A DNA stretch of 64,000 nucleotides from Thermoplasmata archaeon. Lineage in GTDB: Archaea; Thermoplasmatota; E2; JACPAO01; JAHFTW01. Both the position numbers and the translations under genes were made by a program. Of this stretch, positions 18,569 to 27,590 are shown one piece after another. Under the pieces are notes generated by a model that was not told the origin of the DNA, did no database searches, and saw only the letters and a program-made list of their open reading frames with translations. The DNA is taken from contig JAXDQS010000006.1 in the NCBI GenBank assembly GCA_034667725.1, positions 1 to 64,000 on the forward strand, in the 5' to 3' direction. Numbering within the stretch: the first letter of the stretch is position 1; each line of letters begins with the position of its first letter.

Positions 18569-20191
18569 ATGAAGCCCACTTGGGCGGTCGCCGTCGCCCT
18601 TGCCCTGCTGCCCTTGCTGGCCGGCTGCATGCAGTCCGCCCAGGAGCCGCCAGCGCCGTTGCCCGAGGCCCGCCTGCGCATGGTGGGCGGTGTGCGCAAC
18701 CAGCAGGTGACGGTGGACCCGCCGACCCGCCAGGCCAACGAGCTGTCGGTCGCGGTCGACCCGACGGACGCGCGCAACCTGCTGGCCACCGGGAAGGACT
18801 ACACCCAGCCCTACGCCGGCGAGTGCGTGTGGGACGGCATCTACGTCAGCCACGACGGTGGCGCCTCCTGGAGCAACGGGAACCTGATGGGCTCGCCGTG
18901 GAAGGCCCGCGCCGACCTGGCCGCGGGCGGCGAGCCGGAGACGCACGCGCAGCTGTCGCGGTTCTACTGCGCCACCGATCCGGTGGTCGCGTGGGGTCCC
19001 GACGGCACCGCCTACTGGAGCGTCATGCCGTACCAGTGCGACCCGGCCTCCGGCTCCAAGACCGGCGCCGAGCTGCTGCCGGGCGTCGGGCTGCCTCCGG
19101 GCGGCGCCAACGACTGGCTATGGACCTGCAGCAGCATGTACGTCCTTGCGTCCGAAGACAAGGGCGACACCTGGACGACGGTGTCCGAGGTCGCCTTCGG
19201 CCCCCGCCTCCAGCACGACAAGCAGTGGCTCGCCGTGTCGCCGCCGCTGCCCGGCGTCCCAGGCGGCCGCGTCCTTCTGTGCTGGGACCAGGACGACTGG
19301 GCCTCCGGCGCGCTGGCGGACGACTACGCCGCCCTGACGCAGGACTCGGACGCGCCGCCCTACCCGGACGACCTCGTGGTGCCGGACCAGCCCGTGCCCA
19401 CCGCCACCGTCTGCGCCACCTCGGAGGACCGCGCCGCCACCTGGAGCCCGCCCGCGGTCGCGCACACCAGCCTCGCGCTGCCCTGGGTCGAGTTCGGCCC
19501 CGACGGCACCGCGTTCATGCTCGGCGTCAACGGCACCCACGTCCTTGCCAGCCACAGCCGCGACGGCCTCGCCTGGCACGCCCCCGTCCCCGTCGGCGGC
19601 TACACCGACCCCGCCAGCACCATCATGAACGGCTTCACCGCCCTCAACGGGAGCGTGTTCCGCACCTTCGCGCTGCCCAGCCTGGCCATCGACCGCAGCG
19701 ACGGCCCGTCCCGCGGCACCCTGTACGCCACCTGGATGGACGCAGCCTCGGGCCTGGGACGCACCATGCTCGCCGTGAGCCGCGACGGCGGCGCCAACTG
19801 GACCTCGCAATGGATTCACGGCCTGCTGCTCGACGACGGCAACGCCCGCGGCGACCAGTTCATGCCCGCGGTCTCCGTGGGCCCGGACGGCACGGTGGAC
19901 CTCTCCTGGAACGACCGCCGCATGGACCCCACCAACCACCTGTTCGACCTGTACTACGCCTACTCCGTCGACGGCGGCCGGACGTTCAGCAAGGCCCTCC
20001 GGGTGAGCGACGTCGCAAGCGACGAGCAGTACAGCCACCACCAGAACGGCGCCATCTTCCTCGGCGACTACCGCGACCTCGACTCGGCGGCGGGCACGGC
20101 GCATCCGGTGTGGGTGGACACCCGCAACGGCAAGGCGGACGTCTACACGGCGACCATCGAGCGGCCGTCGGCGAACCAGTTGGCTCCCTGA
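18569..20191 (+). CDS. BNR/Asp-box (sialidase-like beta-propeller) lipoprotein
   Basis: Lipobox LAGC; Asp-boxes SHDGGASW, SEDKGDTW, SRDGGANW, SVDGGRTF; FLGDY. Confidence 0.88.
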   Translation: MKPTWAVAVALALLPLLAGCMQSAQEPPAPLPEARLRMVGGVRNQQVTVDPPTRQANELSVAVDPTDARNLLATGKDYTQPYAGECVWDGIYVSHDGGASWSNGNLMGSPWKARADLAAGGEPETHAQLSRFYCATDPVVAWGPDGTAYWSVMPYQCDPASGSKTGAELLPGVGLPPGGANDWLWTCSSMYVLASEDKGDTWTTVSEVAFGPRLQHDKQWLAVSPPLPGVPGGRVLLCWDQDDWASGALADDYAALTQDSDAPPYPDDLVVPDQPVPTATVCATSEDRAATWSPPAVAHTSLALPWVEFGPDGTAFMLGVNGTHVLASHSRDGLAWHAPVPVGGYTDPASTIMNGFTALNGSVFRTFALPSLAIDRSDGPSRGTLYATWMDAASGLGRTMLAVSRDGGANWTSQWIHGLLLDDGNARGDQFMPAVSVGPDGTVDLSWNDRRMDPTNHLFDLYYAYSVDGGRTFSKALRVSDVASDEQYSHHQNGAIFLGDYRDLDSAAGTAHPVWVDTRNGKADVYTATIERPSANQLAP

Positions 20192-20212
20192 GGACTCTGC
20201 GTCTTCGGGCTC

Positions 20213-20272
20213 CTCGGTGGGTTCGGTGGACAAGTCGGGCGAAGCGCCGACCCATCCACCGAGTCCACCGAG
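20213..20272. repeat. Imperfect inverted repeat between convergent genes
   Basis: CTCGGTGGGTTCGGTGGA ... TCCACCGAGTCCACCGAG with inner GTCGG/CCGAC stem. Confidence 0.75.
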
Positions 20273-20282
20273 ACCCCCGCGG

Positions 20283-21143
20283 TCATTCGGCGTCGGCCAC
20301 GACCCGCTGCGCCTGCCGGACCACGGGAACGTCCACCATGCGCCCGTCCACCGTGACGACGCCGCCCTCGCCCACCTCGGCCGCCTCGACGGCGGCGAGG
20401 ACCTTGCGGGCCCACGCCAGCTCGGCCTCGCCGGGCCGGAAGGCCGCGTGGACGGGCGCGACCTGGCCCGGGTGGACGACCATCTTGCCCCGGAAGCCGA
20501 AGGCGCGCGCCTCGCGGGCCTCGGCGGCGGTGCGCTCCAGGTCGCGATAGTCGGCGGTGATCATGTCGATGGCGGGGACGCCGGCGGCGGTGGCGCACAG
20601 CACGACCCATTGGCGGGCGGCCAGCACCTCGCGGGCGTCGCGGGTGCGGGGCATCCCGACGTCGGCGGCCAGGTCCTCGGCGCCGAAGCAGACGGCGGCG
20701 ACCCGCTCGCTGGCGTGCAGGATGTCGCGGGCCGCGACGACGCCGGCCGCGGTCTCCAGGATGGGCACCAGGCCGATGGGAGGCGCCTTGTGGACGGCCT
20801 CGAGGCGTTCCAGCTCGGCCTGGACGGCCAGCAGCCCGGCCGCGGACTCGACCTTCGGCAGCACCAGCAGGTCGGGGCGGGCCGGCACCAGCGCCTCCAG
20901 GTCGGCAAGGGCCCACGTGCCCTCCGACTGGCCCCAGGCGTTGACGCGGACGGCGCGGCAGGCGGGGGCGGCGGGCACGGCGCGCAAGGCGGCGGCGACG
21001 TTGTCGCGGGCCTCCTGCTTCTGGATGGGCGGCACGGCGTCCTCCAGGTCGGCGCACACGATGTCGGCGGCCCCGGTGGCCCAGGCGGTCTTGAGGCGGT
21101 CGGCGCGCAGGCCCGGCGTGTAGAGGAGCGTGCGGACCTTCAT
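20283..21143 (-). CDS. citE: CitE-family CoA-ester lyase (HpcH/HpaI family)
   Basis: RTLLYTPG, DLEDAV, RVN, LPKVES, ILETAAG, FGAEDL, GFRGKMVVHPGQ, GRMVDVP. Confidence 0.92.
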   Translation of the reverse strand: MKVRTLLYTPGLRADRLKTAWATGAADIVCADLEDAVPPIQKQEARDNVAAALRAVPAAPACRAVRVNAWGQSEGTWALADLEALVPARPDLLVLPKVESAAGLLAVQAELERLEAVHKAPPIGLVPILETAAGVVAARDILHASERVAAVCFGAEDLAADVGMPRTRDAREVLAARQWVVLCATAAGVPAIDMITADYRDLERTAAEAREARAFGFRGKMVVHPGQVAPVHAAFRPGEAELAWARKVLAAVEAAEVGEGGVVTVDGRMVDVPVVRQAQRVVADAE

Positions 21144-21580
21144 GCGGCCACCATCACGATGCGCTTGAAGCGGCACACCTCGTCGCCGTGCTGGTTGCGG
21201 ACGGTGTGCAGCAGGGTGACGATGCCGCGGCCGGGCTTGCTGCTGGGGCGCTTGTCCACGACCTCGGTGCGGAACGCCAAGGTGTCGCCGGGGAACACGG
21301 GCTTGGGGTGCTGGACCCCTTCGTAGCCCAGGTTGGCGACCAAGGTGCCGGCGGTGGTGTCGGCGACGCTCACGCCCACGGCGGTGCTCAGGGTGTAGAG
21401 GCCGTTGACCAGGACGTCGGGGAAGCCGGCGTCGCGCGCGGCGGCGGCGTCCAGGTGAAGCGGCTGGGCGTTGCGGGTCAGGCGGCAGAAGGCCACGTTG
21501 TCCTCGAGGGTCACGGCCACCCGCTCGGCGTGCTCGATGGCCTGCCCGACCTGGAACTCGTCGAAACGCCGCCCGGGCAC
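21140..21580 (-). CDS. MaoC-family (R)-specific hydratase
   Basis: DNVAF..TRNAQPLHLD, ANLG, PVFPGDTL; 4-nt overlap with citE. Confidence 0.92.
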   Translation of the reverse strand: MPGRRFDEFQVGQAIEHAERVAVTLEDNVAFCRLTRNAQPLHLDAAAARDAGFPDVLVNGLYTLSTAVGVSVADTTAGTLVANLGYEGVQHPKPVFPGDTLAFRTEVVDKRPSSKPGRGIVTLLHTVRNQHGDEVCRFKRIVMVAA

Positions 21581-21601
21581 GGCCTCGCCAAAGCCCTTCC
21601 T

Positions 21602-21610
21602 CTTTTAAAC
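21602..21610. promoter_or_regulatory. TATA-like box between divergent maoC and the basic-protein gene
   Basis: CTTTTAAAC about 22-30 nt from both start codons in a GC-rich background. Confidence 0.6.
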
Positions 21611-21639
21611 TCGGATTTCCCATTGCCCCTCGGTCCCAT

Positions 21640-21984
21640 ATGGCGACGGTCCGCGGCAAGAAGACGTCCTCCCGAAAGAGCTCGGGCTCCCGCAAGGCGG
21701 CCTCCAAGGCCACCAAGAAGGCGTCCGCGCCGGCACGCAAGGCCGCCGCCAAGCGCGCCAAGCCCAGCAAGGCCGCCAAGAAGCCGGCCCGCCGCCCCAC
21801 GAAGGCAGCCAAGAAGGCCGCGGCGCCGGCCAAGCGCCCCGCCAAGGCGGCGGCCGCCCCCAAGAAGGCGGCGCCCCCGGCCCGCACCAACACCTGCCCC
21901 GCGCTCGACCCGTTCGGCGACCCCTGCCAGAACACCCCGCGCTACGGCTCCCGCTACTGCGGCGTCCACAGCCACCTCGAGTAG
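21640..21984 (+). CDS. Histone-H1-like Lys/Ala-rich protein with C-terminal CCCH zinc finger
   Basis: KAAKKPA-type repeats followed by CPALDPFGDPCQNTPRYGSRYCGVH. Confidence 0.8.
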   Translation: MATVRGKKTSSRKSSGSRKAASKATKKASAPARKAAAKRAKPSKAAKKPARRPTKAAKKAAAPAKRPAKAAAAPKKAAPPARTNTCPALDPFGDPCQNTPRYGSRYCGVHSHLE

Positions 21985-21995
21985 GCGGAACGCGC

Positions 21996-22604
21996 GTGCC
22001 CACGCCCGCGCCCACGCCGCGCTTCGTCGCCTTCGAGGGCATCGACGGGTCCGGCAAGTCCACCGCGCTGCGCCACGCCGCCGACGCCCTGCGCCGCAGG
22101 GGCGAGCGGGTGTGGGCCACGCGCGAGGAGACCGACGGCCCCACCGGCGAGCTGGTGCGCCGCAGCATCGCCGAGCATTGGCCTCCCGTGGCGACCGCGT
22201 TCCAGTTCCTGGCCGACCGGGCCCGCCATGCGCACGAGATCGAGGCCCGGCTGGCCGCGGGCGAGCGGGTGCTGTGCGACCGCTTCCTCCACTCCACCCT
22301 CGCGTACCAGGCCGTGACCCTGGCCGGGGTGCTGCCGGAGCCGCGGGCGTGGCTGCGCGGGCTGCACGACGGCTGGTGCCCCATGCCCGACCGCGTCGTG
22401 CTGTTCAACAGCGACCCGGCCAAGGCCGTCTCCCGCATCGCGGCGCGCGGCGCCGCCACGGCCTACGAGAAGGCGGCGTTCCTGGGGAAGGTGCGGGCGG
22501 AGTACCTGGCGCTGGCGCGCGAGGAGCCGGAGCGGTTCGTGGTGCTGGACGCGGACGCGCCGATGGGGGTCTTGGCGCAGCGGGCGCTGGCGGCGTTGGA
22601 CTGA
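21996..22604 (+). CDS. tmk: Thymidylate kinase
   Basis: FEGIDGSGKST, ADRARH, CDRF..STLAYQ. Confidence 0.95.
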   Translation: MPTPAPTPRFVAFEGIDGSGKSTALRHAADALRRRGERVWATREETDGPTGELVRRSIAEHWPPVATAFQFLADRARHAHEIEARLAAGERVLCDRFLHSTLAYQAVTLAGVLPEPRAWLRGLHDGWCPMPDRVVLFNSDPAKAVSRIAARGAATAYEKAAFLGKVRAEYLALAREEPERFVVLDADAPMGVLAQRALAALD

Positions 22605-22613
22605 CACAGATGA

Positions 22614-24059
22614 TCAAAGCAGGAAAAAAGGGTCGTTCGGCGTAGGCTGGGGAAGTCCTCGAAGTCGGGGACCATCACCCACGAGCAAAGTTTCCGCCAA
22701 ATCCAAGGCTTGACGCCCCTGCCCTTCCGTCACTGTCGGATCGCCATGCGCGAACTTGTTCCGAATCCCACGGATGGGCCGCAACTGTTCGAACAGTTCT
22801 GCTTGCAACATACCCGCCAGTTGCAGCACTTCGCAGCGGACGTCAACATCCCAGTCAGTCCCTTCGAGTTTTTCTCGACGGCGGTTCGAGACGCCTTTGG
22901 ATGCAAGAAAGGCTTGCCAGATTTCGGCCAACTTGGTCTCGATGATAGACCAAGAAAACAGGAACGACTGGGCGGCTTCTTGGCTCTCCAAGTGCGTCAG
23001 TGCCTCCAAAAACAGTGGAATCTTGTCCGCATAGGCCATCCGTGAAAGTTCCTCTGCGTGGCACAACACGCGCTCGAATTCTTGGTTTGTGACACGATGC
23101 TGGGCAAAGGCATCCCTTCCACGTCGTCCGTTCGAAGGATAGGAGCCGCCCCAACTCGGACTCGAATCAGGGGGCGGATAGACCGAAGCAAGGTCCCTAT
23201 TTCGGACGATTGCCGCGGGGAGTCCTTCCCTCAGTAAACCTGCCATCACGAAATTGAACCATCGATGCGCGGCCGCCTCGTCTGGGGTTTCAATCCCAAT
23301 GAAGCCGTTGTGGGTCGCCATGACTGCCAGACCGCCCAGTTGTCCTCTGAAGACTAAGACTCCGGGGAAAGAATCCTGGTCCCGCGGCCAATACCAGTCA
23401 CTGAGTCGATTGCTTTCCACCTTTCCAATCCTGATGTTCGCAGGCAGGAAGGCACCCCGGACTGGCGGGATGGGTTCAGGCGAAGGGACGCTGGACAGAG
23501 TGCTTGAAGGGGTTGGGATAGATGCGTGTGGAGCCCTCATCCTTGCCCGCTCCTCGGCGTCGCGGAAGGCTTCGTCGATCCACACTCTCGGGTCGATTTC
23601 TTGGAGCGGCCCGATGTGATGGAACACAGTGCAGGCTTCAGAGATGAGGTTCGTCTGAACAAACTTGTGCGGGTCCATCAGGAATGAAAGCCGGGAATAG
23701 CTGCTCACGCTGTCAATCGCCTGAAATCCCATTTCCCGCAAAGTCTTGAACTGCAGTTCCTCAATCCCTTCTCCTAGGGATTCGTCCCATAACGGGAGGG
23801 CGAATGCGGCCTCCATGGTCTTGCTCAGTTCGGGGCCTCGAACGTCCCCCCATGTCCTGATGTTGCCGTCCTCCGCCCTCGGGATTCGAACCGCAATGAA
23901 GGACTGCCAAGGTGGATTCTTCCGCGAGAACGCAAGAAACTGGACGGGGGCGCGGAAGTCTCGCCATCGGACGGCCTCCTTCTGAACCTCAGCGGGCGCC
24001 TGACTGAAGCGCTCCCTGAAATGCGCCACCGCGAGCTGAATCCATTCCTCTAGCTCCAC
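22614..24059 (-). CDS. Putatively foreign protein with C-terminal HEPN-like domain
   Basis: Visibly lower GC and many A/T-ending codons; FLFSWSIIE helix and RNKFAH (Rx4H) motif. Confidence 0.7.
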   Translation of the reverse strand: MELEEWIQLAVAHFRERFSQAPAEVQKEAVRWRDFRAPVQFLAFSRKNPPWQSFIAVRIPRAEDGNIRTWGDVRGPELSKTMEAAFALPLWDESLGEGIEELQFKTLREMGFQAIDSVSSYSRLSFLMDPHKFVQTNLISEACTVFHHIGPLQEIDPRVWIDEAFRDAEERARMRAPHASIPTPSSTLSSVPSPEPIPPVRGAFLPANIRIGKVESNRLSDWYWPRDQDSFPGVLVFRGQLGGLAVMATHNGFIGIETPDEAAAHRWFNFVMAGLLREGLPAAIVRNRDLASVYPPPDSSPSWGGSYPSNGRRGRDAFAQHRVTNQEFERVLCHAEELSRMAYADKIPLFLEALTHLESQEAAQSFLFSWSIIETKLAEIWQAFLASKGVSNRRREKLEGTDWDVDVRCEVLQLAGMLQAELFEQLRPIRGIRNKFAHGDPTVTEGQGRQALDLAETLLVGDGPRLRGLPQPTPNDPFFLL

Positions 24060-24110
24060 GCCCCGGCACCGGGCAGGCGACTAGATGAGGCTGCCAGGGT
24101 GCGAATGGAA

Positions 24111-24266
24111 CTACTTGGGCTCTAGCGGCCGCTTCGGCTTCGCCTTGACCTGGTAGCTCCAGTTGCGCTTGGCCATGATGCTCGAGAACCAGTAGCACAG
24201 AAGCGTGAAGCCGACGGTGCCGACCGCCCCGATGACGACCACGTCGAGCCAGGTCAGGTCTGCCAT
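24111..24266 (-). CDS. 51-aa single-TM protein absent from the ORF track
   Basis: Manual translation MADLTWLDVVVIGAVGTVGFTLLCYWFSSIMAKRNWSYQVKAKPKRPLEPK; host-like GC3-rich codons. Confidence 0.7.
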   Translation of the reverse strand: MADLTWLDVVVIGAVGTVGFTLLCYWFSSIMAKRNWSYQVKAKPKRPLEPK

Positions 24267-24321
24267 TGGGCTCGCATGGCCGTGGACCCCACAAAAGGGG
24301 TGTGGTCATGCCTTGGAGCCG

Positions 24322-25644
24322 TCAGTGCTGGTGCTCGTCGCCCATGATGCGCATCGCCGCGATGTTGCAGTCGAGGGCGCGGTGGAGCTCGGAGGCCGCG
24401 ACGCCGCGGAAGCCGTCGTAGGCGAAGCAGGCCATCATGCCGCCCGGGTGCTGGTCGTCGTTCATGGTGGCCAACCCATTCTGGTCATGCACCATCCAGA
24501 GGCCGGGGTTGTCCATCGTCATGAGGACGTCGTAGCGTTCGCCGGGGCCGATGGTCAGGGTGTCGACCGTGAAGGGGGCCGGCAGGGCGTAGCCGTCGCG
24601 GTGCGTGACCTGCATGTTGTGGCCGTGCGGGTGCCAGGAGTGCATCTGGTTGCCGGCGTTGATGAGGCGGAACAGCACGACCTCGCCCTCCTCGACGTGG
24701 AACACGGGGGTGTCGGGGAACGCCTTGCCGTTGACCAGGAAGGTGTTGTAGAGCGGCGTGTAGACCGGGGCGGTCTCGAACCACCAGGAGCGCGGCGTCT
24801 GCTGCAGGGGCGGGTTGCCGTGGCCGTGGGTGACGCAGCCCATGACGGTCATGAGCTGGTCCTTGACCCGCTTCTCCTCGTCGGTCACCTCCGGCAAGTC
24901 CTCGATGGCGGGGCAGCTTGCGTCCTTCACGGGCTGTGGCACTTGGCTGCCGGCCTGGTTGCCGACCTGGTTCTGGGCGAGGTAGTCCTGGATGAAGCGC
25001 TCGGTGCAGTCGCCCTTGACGAACAGGGCGCCGCTCTGCTCGCCGCCGGTGACGGGGTCGAGGTTGCCGTGGACGTGGCAGTTGTCCATCTCGTCCAAGA
25101 GCACGACGTACTCCCGGTCGAAGTGGTATTGCGGCTCGCGCTCCTCAACGATGAAGGCGCCGTACATGCCGAAGTCGATGTGGTGGGCGCCGTCGACGTG
25201 GCAGTGGTACCAGTAGGTGCCGGCCTTCATGTTCTCGAAGACGTAGGTGCGCTCCTCGCCGGCCATGATGGGCATCTGGGTGAGGTAGTCGACGCCGTCC
25301 TGGTCCCACGGGATGAGGCCGCCGTGCAGGTGGAAGGTGTGGCCGAGCGGGTTGCTGTTGCGGATGGTCAGGCGCACCGTGTCGCCCTCCTGGACGCGCA
25401 ATTCGGGGCTGGGGATGGCCTCGTCTTGCTGGTCCGCGTCGCGGAACGTGATGGCGACGACGCGAGACTGGTTGCCGTCGTTGAGCTCGTACAGCGCCGC
25501 CGTGTTGCTGGTGCCGGCCGCGACCTCCAGCACGAACTCGCGGGTCCGCCCCTCGACGCGCTCGCCCTGGGTTGGCGGGTTCGAGCAGCCGCCCAGGAAG
25601 ACCACGAGGACGGTCAAGGCGGCAAGGGCGGCCAGGAGGCGCAT
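24322..25644 (-). CDS. Two-domain multicopper oxidase lipoprotein (type C-like)
   Basis: Lipobox-like LGGC; HTFHLHG and YHCHVDGAHHIDFGM in domain 1; HSWHPHGH and WMVHDQ in domain 2. Confidence 0.9.
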   Translation of the reverse strand: MRLLAALAALTVLVVFLGGCSNPPTQGERVEGRTREFVLEVAAGTSNTAALYELNDGNQSRVVAITFRDADQQDEAIPSPELRVQEGDTVRLTIRNSNPLGHTFHLHGGLIPWDQDGVDYLTQMPIMAGEERTYVFENMKAGTYWYHCHVDGAHHIDFGMYGAFIVEEREPQYHFDREYVVLLDEMDNCHVHGNLDPVTGGEQSGALFVKGDCTERFIQDYLAQNQVGNQAGSQVPQPVKDASCPAIEDLPEVTDEEKRVKDQLMTVMGCVTHGHGNPPLQQTPRSWWFETAPVYTPLYNTFLVNGKAFPDTPVFHVEEGEVVLFRLINAGNQMHSWHPHGHNMQVTHRDGYALPAPFTVDTLTIGPGERYDVLMTMDNPGLWMVHDQNGLATMNDDQHPGGMMACFAYDGFRGVAASELHRALDCNIAAMRIMGDEHQH

Positions 25645-25721
25645 GGCGGTTCCACGACGCACCCCTCTTTTAGCGGTTGTCGAACGAGCCTGGCGCGTCG
25701 GCTGACCCGCAAAGCGCCGCT

Positions 25722-25965
25722 CTGGACACAGATTCCACAGGGCGCCCCTGGACACAGATTCCACAGATATCTGTGAGAATCTTCTGAATCTGGGGAAATC
25801 AGTGCTCGTCGCGCGCGCCGCCGACTAGACACAGATTCCATAGAGGGTCTGTGGGAATCTTCCGAATCTGAGGGAATCGGTGCTCGTCGCGGGGCCGCCG
25901 ACTGGACACAGATTCCACAGACCCTGACTTTGGACCTGGCGGGGCCTAGGGCGGAATTCCACAGA
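25722..25965 (+). repeat. Mosaic intergenic repeat array (A-A-B-A-B-A-C)
   Basis: Modules A and B plus module C (CCCTGACTTTGGACCTGGCGGGGCCTAG...AATTCCACAGA). Confidence 0.92.
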
Positions 25966-25991
25966 TGGCCGGAGACTCTGCGTCCGTCCGC

Positions 25992-27482
25992 TCAGAACAG
26001 CCGCACGACCGCCGCCACCGCCGCCTCGCCCAGGTCCCGGAGCGGGTCGCCGGTCCACTTGAGCTGCTCCTGGATCGGGCCGGTGTTCTTGCCGTCGAGG
26101 AAGATGTGCACGACGGTGAACAGGATGGCCGCGACGGTGAGGCCGTAGTGGGTCCAGCGCCAGGTGGCGTAGTTCCACTTCCGCACCATCGGGACTTGCA
26201 AAGCGCCGGTGACGCCGAGCAGTAGCATCGCAAGCAGCCCGAGGCCGCCCCACAGCAGGCCCCAGCCCCACGCGTAGGAGGCCTCGACGATGAACAGCAC
26301 CGTGTGGACGGCGGCGGCGAGGGTCAGGCCGTAGGACAGGAAGTTGTGGAACGCGACGCGGCGCTTGGCGGACCCGAAGAGGCCGTTGAGGGAGCGCCGG
26401 GTGGCCTTGCCGAACATGCCGCCGCTCCAGATGCTGGAGAGCAGCAGGAAGGCCGCGGCGTAGCCGACCGCCTCGGAGACGGTGACGATGGTGGCCGAGT
26501 CGATGGTCTCGGGGCGCACCATGACGGCGTTCTCGTTGACGAGCTGCACCATGCCGCCGCCGGGCTTGACGGCCACCACGGAGAGGTGGGTGACGTTGTC
26601 GTCGTCGCCGGTGGGCGGCGTGGAGGCGAGGTGGTCGTAGTAGGCCGTGACGTTGGCGAACAGCCGGATCTCCTCGGGCTGGGCGGGCTCGGCGGCGGCC
26701 ACCAGGGTCCAGGTGTAAAGGGCGCTGAGGCCGGCGTTGACGGTCTCGGCGCGGCTGAAGCCGAGGCTGGTGAGGCCGGCGGTGTCGAACTCGGCCTGCT
26801 CCACCACGTCGAAGTCCACCGGGGTCAGCACCGGGGTGCCGGGGACGTTGGGCGGGTTGGCGGCGACGGGCGTGAAGGAGGCGCCGACCTTGTAGGTGCC
26901 CGAGCCCATGGCGGCCAGCTCGGCCCCCGTGAACCCATGCTCCTCGGGGAGGCCGGGCCCGGCGTCGTCGAACTCGAGGGCGGCGCCCGACGGCGGCTGG
27001 ACGACCATGACGAGGTTGGGCGCGGTGTTCGGGTTGGTGTCCACCGGCACGACGGAGAAGAACAGCCGGGTCGCCCCGGGCGGGAGGAAGAAGTCGGTCG
27101 TCACGGGGTCGGTCGGCTCGCCGGCGCTCGTGAGCACGGGGGAGATGCGCAGGCCGGAGGTGCGGTTGTCGATCGGCGCATGGCCGCCGGCGAAGCGCAG
27201 GCTTGGGGCGCCGGACAGGTCCAGGGTGGGGGAGGCGAACACGACGCCGGCGCGCCAGGTGTTCTGGAGCTGGACCTTGTACTCGAACGGCTCGCCGACG
27301 GCGGCCTCGACCTTGTCGGGGGGAATCAGGACGGCGACGGCCTTCAGGGGCGGCGTCCAGGAGGAGTGGCACTCCCAGCAGGTGGACTCCTCGACCGTGG
27401 CGTGGGGGCCGAGCTCGCGGGCCTGCACGGCCACCAGCAGCGCGACCACCGCCATGGCCAACAGGAGGCCTGTCCGACGCAT
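25992..27482 (-). CDS. Secreted CxxCH domain fused to a C-terminal ferric-reductase-like (heme b) TM domain
   Basis: Signal peptide, CWECH, then TM helices with His pairs (AFHNF..AVHT; WTHY..VVHI) 13 residues apart. Confidence 0.78.
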   Translation of the reverse strand: MRRTGLLLAMAVVALLVAVQARELGPHATVEESTCWECHSSWTPPLKAVAVLIPPDKVEAAVGEPFEYKVQLQNTWRAGVVFASPTLDLSGAPSLRFAGGHAPIDNRTSGLRISPVLTSAGEPTDPVTTDFFLPPGATRLFFSVVPVDTNPNTAPNLVMVVQPPSGAALEFDDAGPGLPEEHGFTGAELAAMGSGTYKVGASFTPVAANPPNVPGTPVLTPVDFDVVEQAEFDTAGLTSLGFSRAETVNAGLSALYTWTLVAAAEPAQPEEIRLFANVTAYYDHLASTPPTGDDDNVTHLSVVAVKPGGGMVQLVNENAVMVRPETIDSATIVTVSEAVGYAAAFLLLSSIWSGGMFGKATRRSLNGLFGSAKRRVAFHNFLSYGLTLAAAVHTVLFIVEASYAWGWGLLWGGLGLLAMLLLGVTGALQVPMVRKWNYATWRWTHYGLTVAAILFTVVHIFLDGKNTGPIQEQLKWTGDPLRDLGEAAVAAVVRLF

Positions 27483-27590
27483 TGCGGGCGCGACCTTGGT
27501 GCGGCTCCTAAGGCTTGTTGTCCCTGGCATCGGCGGAGCGGTTGGCGGCGCGGGCGGTCTTGAGGCTTGTTGTCGGGCTGGGCAACGATG

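Noticed and set aside
22614-24110. Prophage or IS element
   Set aside because: No integrase, transposase, terminal repeats or target duplication seen.
24322-25644. Copper nitrite reductase NirK
   Set aside because: Has HxxHxH and HCH laccase-type motifs and lacks the catalytic Asp motif HNIDFH.
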